From contig JAFLEI010000016.1 of NCBI GenBank assembly GCA_017301975.1, forward strand, positions 58,349 to 122,348: DNA of 64,000 bases. The letters are read 5' to 3'. Of the stretch, positions 62,554 to 64,000 are shown piece by piece (positions within the stretch are counted from its first letter, which is position 1; every line of letters starts with the position of its first letter). The DNA is from Verrucomicrobiota bacterium (GTDB lineage Bacteria; Verrucomicrobiota; Verrucomicrobiia; Verrucomicrobiales; Verrucomicrobiaceae). Made by a program: the position numbers and the translations under genes. Under the pieces are notes generated by a model. The model ran no database searches and was not told the origin of the DNA. It was given only the letters and a program-made list of their open reading frames with translations.

Positions 62554-63180
62554 ATGACCGAACCAACACCGCTCCTTACTTTTACCACCTTTGATGGCCA
62601 CCGGCGGATCGCCACGGGGGCATGGCGCGAAAACGCACTGGTACTTAAAAGAGCGCTCGAAAGCGGCTCCCTCAGCCCTGTTTTCATGTTTGACGATTCC
62701 ACGGGCCGCACCGTCGAAGTGGATACCCGAGGCACCGACGAAGAGTGCTGCGCCCGCCTGGAAGCGCGCTTCCCATCCGATGAGGCCGTTCTGATGGACA
62801 TGCCAGCGGAGGAGGCCACCCAGCCTCGGGGCAGGGGAAGGCCTAGGCTTGGCGTGGTGGCCCGTGAGATCACCCTGCTTCCCCGGCACTGGGACTGGCT
62901 GGACGCACAGTCTGGAGGCTCCTCCGTGGCGCTGCGGAAGCTCGTCGAGGAAGCCCGGCGCCAGAGTTCGGAGAAAGACAAAGTGCGAAAAGCCCACGAA
63001 CGGGCCTACCAATTCATGGTCACCCTTGCCGGCGACCTTCCCGGTTTTGAGGAAGCCTCGCGCGCGCTCTTCGCCAACGATGCGGAGAGGCTGCGCGGCA
63101 TCCTTGCCGGCTGGCCGCGTGATGTCGGCGACCATGTGATGCGCCTTGCGTGGGGAGACGCGGCACCTGGCCTTCTCTGA
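62554..63180 (+). CDS. DUF2239-family protein
   Basis: 208 aa. FDDSTGRTVEVDTRG, GRGRPRLGVVAREITLLPRHWDWL, GGSSVALRKLVEEARR, and PGFEEASRALFAND match my recollection of DUF2239 proteins. Confidence 0.65.
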   Translation: MTEPTPLLTFTTFDGHRRIATGAWRENALVLKRALESGSLSPVFMFDDSTGRTVEVDTRGTDEECCARLEARFPSDEAVLMDMPAEEATQPRGRGRPRLGVVAREITLLPRHWDWLDAQSGGSSVALRKLVEEARRQSSEKDKVRKAHERAYQFMVTLAGDLPGFEEASRALFANDAERLRGILAGWPRDVGDHVMRLAWGDAAPGLL

Positions 63181-63373
63181 CACCGGGCGGCTGCTGTCGA
63201 GGTCTCCCGCCTTCTGCCCCTGAGCCGGATCTGCGGCGCGTGGTCCGTATAAATCCGCCATTTCGGCTGAGCCTGCCGCGATATTTGCGGAGGGCAGGGG
63301 AATGGAACTGCGGACTGCGTGGATGTCTGGTTGCATCCCGCTGCGGCTTCGCCTAGATGCGGGTTCGTTTCCC

Positions 63374-64000
63374 ATGCCCCACGCCCTTCTTCTCAAATTT
63401 CCTGGAACCAATTGCGATGCCGAAACCGCTCGTGCCTTGGAGGCGGCGGGTTTTACTGCGGAGGTGCTGCCAGTGGCTTTGCTGGAGGCCAGCTCGCTCG
63501 ACAAGGCGCAGATGATCGTGTTCTCCGGCGGCTTCAGCTACGGTGACTACGTGATGTCCGGCCGCATCGCCCAGCTCATCACGAAATCCAAGCTTGGCGA
63601 TCAGTTGAAAACCTTCGTGGACAAAGGCGGCTACGCCCTTGGCATCTGCAACGGCTTCCAAATCCTGACTCAGCTTGATCTTCTGCCGAAGGGCAGCCTG
63701 ATCCACAACACCAGCGGCAAATTCATCTGCCGCTGGGTGGGACTCAAGAAAACCAAGGGCAAGGCCAGCCCCTACCTCAGCAAGCTGCCTGAGAACTTCG
63801 AGCTTCCCGTCGCCCATGCGGAAGGGCGCCTCGTGACCGAGGGGGACGCCGCTGCGGGCTATGTGAAGTCCGGCCATGCCGCCCTGCTTTACGCCACCAA
63901 TGTGAACGGCTCCACCAACGCCATTGCCGGACTGCAGGACGACACGGGCCGTGTGTTTGGCCTGATGCCGCACCCGGAGCGCTTCATCTTCAAGAGCCAG
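63374..64000 (+). CDS. purQ: Phosphoribosylformylglycinamidine synthase, glutaminase subunit PurQ (3' end outside window)
   Basis: Absent from the ORF track because no stop lies in the window. ATG 63374 MPHALLLKFPGTNCDAETARALEAAGF...FSGGFSYGDY...GGYALGICNGFQIL (catalytic Cys)...GLMPHPERF (His/Glu). The frame stays open to the window end. Confidence 0.9.
   Translation, partial: MPHALLLKFPGTNCDAETARALEAAGFTAEVLPVALLEASSLDKAQMIVFSGGFSYGDYVMSGRIAQLITKSKLGDQLKTFVDKGGYALGICNGFQILTQLDLLPKGSLIHNTSGKFICRWVGLKKTKGKASPYLSKLPENFELPVAHAEGRLVTEGDAAAGYVKSGHAALLYATNVNGSTNAIAGLQDDTGRVFGLMPHPERFIFKSQ

Noticed and set aside
63181-63373. Possible purine or ZTP riboswitch upstream of purQ.
   Set aside because: I could not find the conserved ZTP (pfl) or purine-riboswitch core sequences by eye. 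An Rfam scan would be needed to exclude one.

Overview
High-GC (by eye about 60%) bacterial chromosome segment. The gene content includes a DUF1549/DUF1553 + DUF1501 pair, a Bacteroidetes-type ParC, many signal-peptide, TPR and proline-rich proteins, and one 3,269-aa secreted giant. This points to a PVC-superphylum organism, most likely Verrucomicrobiota (inference only). I can support about 50 protein genes. I recognised no rRNA, tRNA, CRISPR array, transposase or integrase. Housekeeping genes: lnt, two pilT paralogs, hrpB, purB, parC-like, dprA, apbE and purQ (partial). Accessory or unusual content: (1) a giant extracellular protein that fuses a complete copper-radical oxidase domain to a di-haem cytochrome c peroxidase domain, plus PA14, LamG, CBM6-like, PKD and Ig-like modules. 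(2) Two places where accessory DNA lies downstream of a core gene and is bracketed by a 'ghost' copy of that gene's 3' end. One is a 2.4-kb low-GC islet at the parC-like gene, with disrupted DUF4375-like genes. The other is a chimeric ghost junction between the giant gene and a carbon-nitrogen hydrolase gene. (3) A signal-peptide TPR protein that carries a P-loop-less NB-ARC-like remnant. (4) vapBC and higBA toxin-antitoxin pairs. (5) Several structured intergenic elements: nested palindromes, a polypyrimidine microsatellite hairpin, and AT-rich gene deserts. All family calls come from motif recognition by eye. No searches were run.
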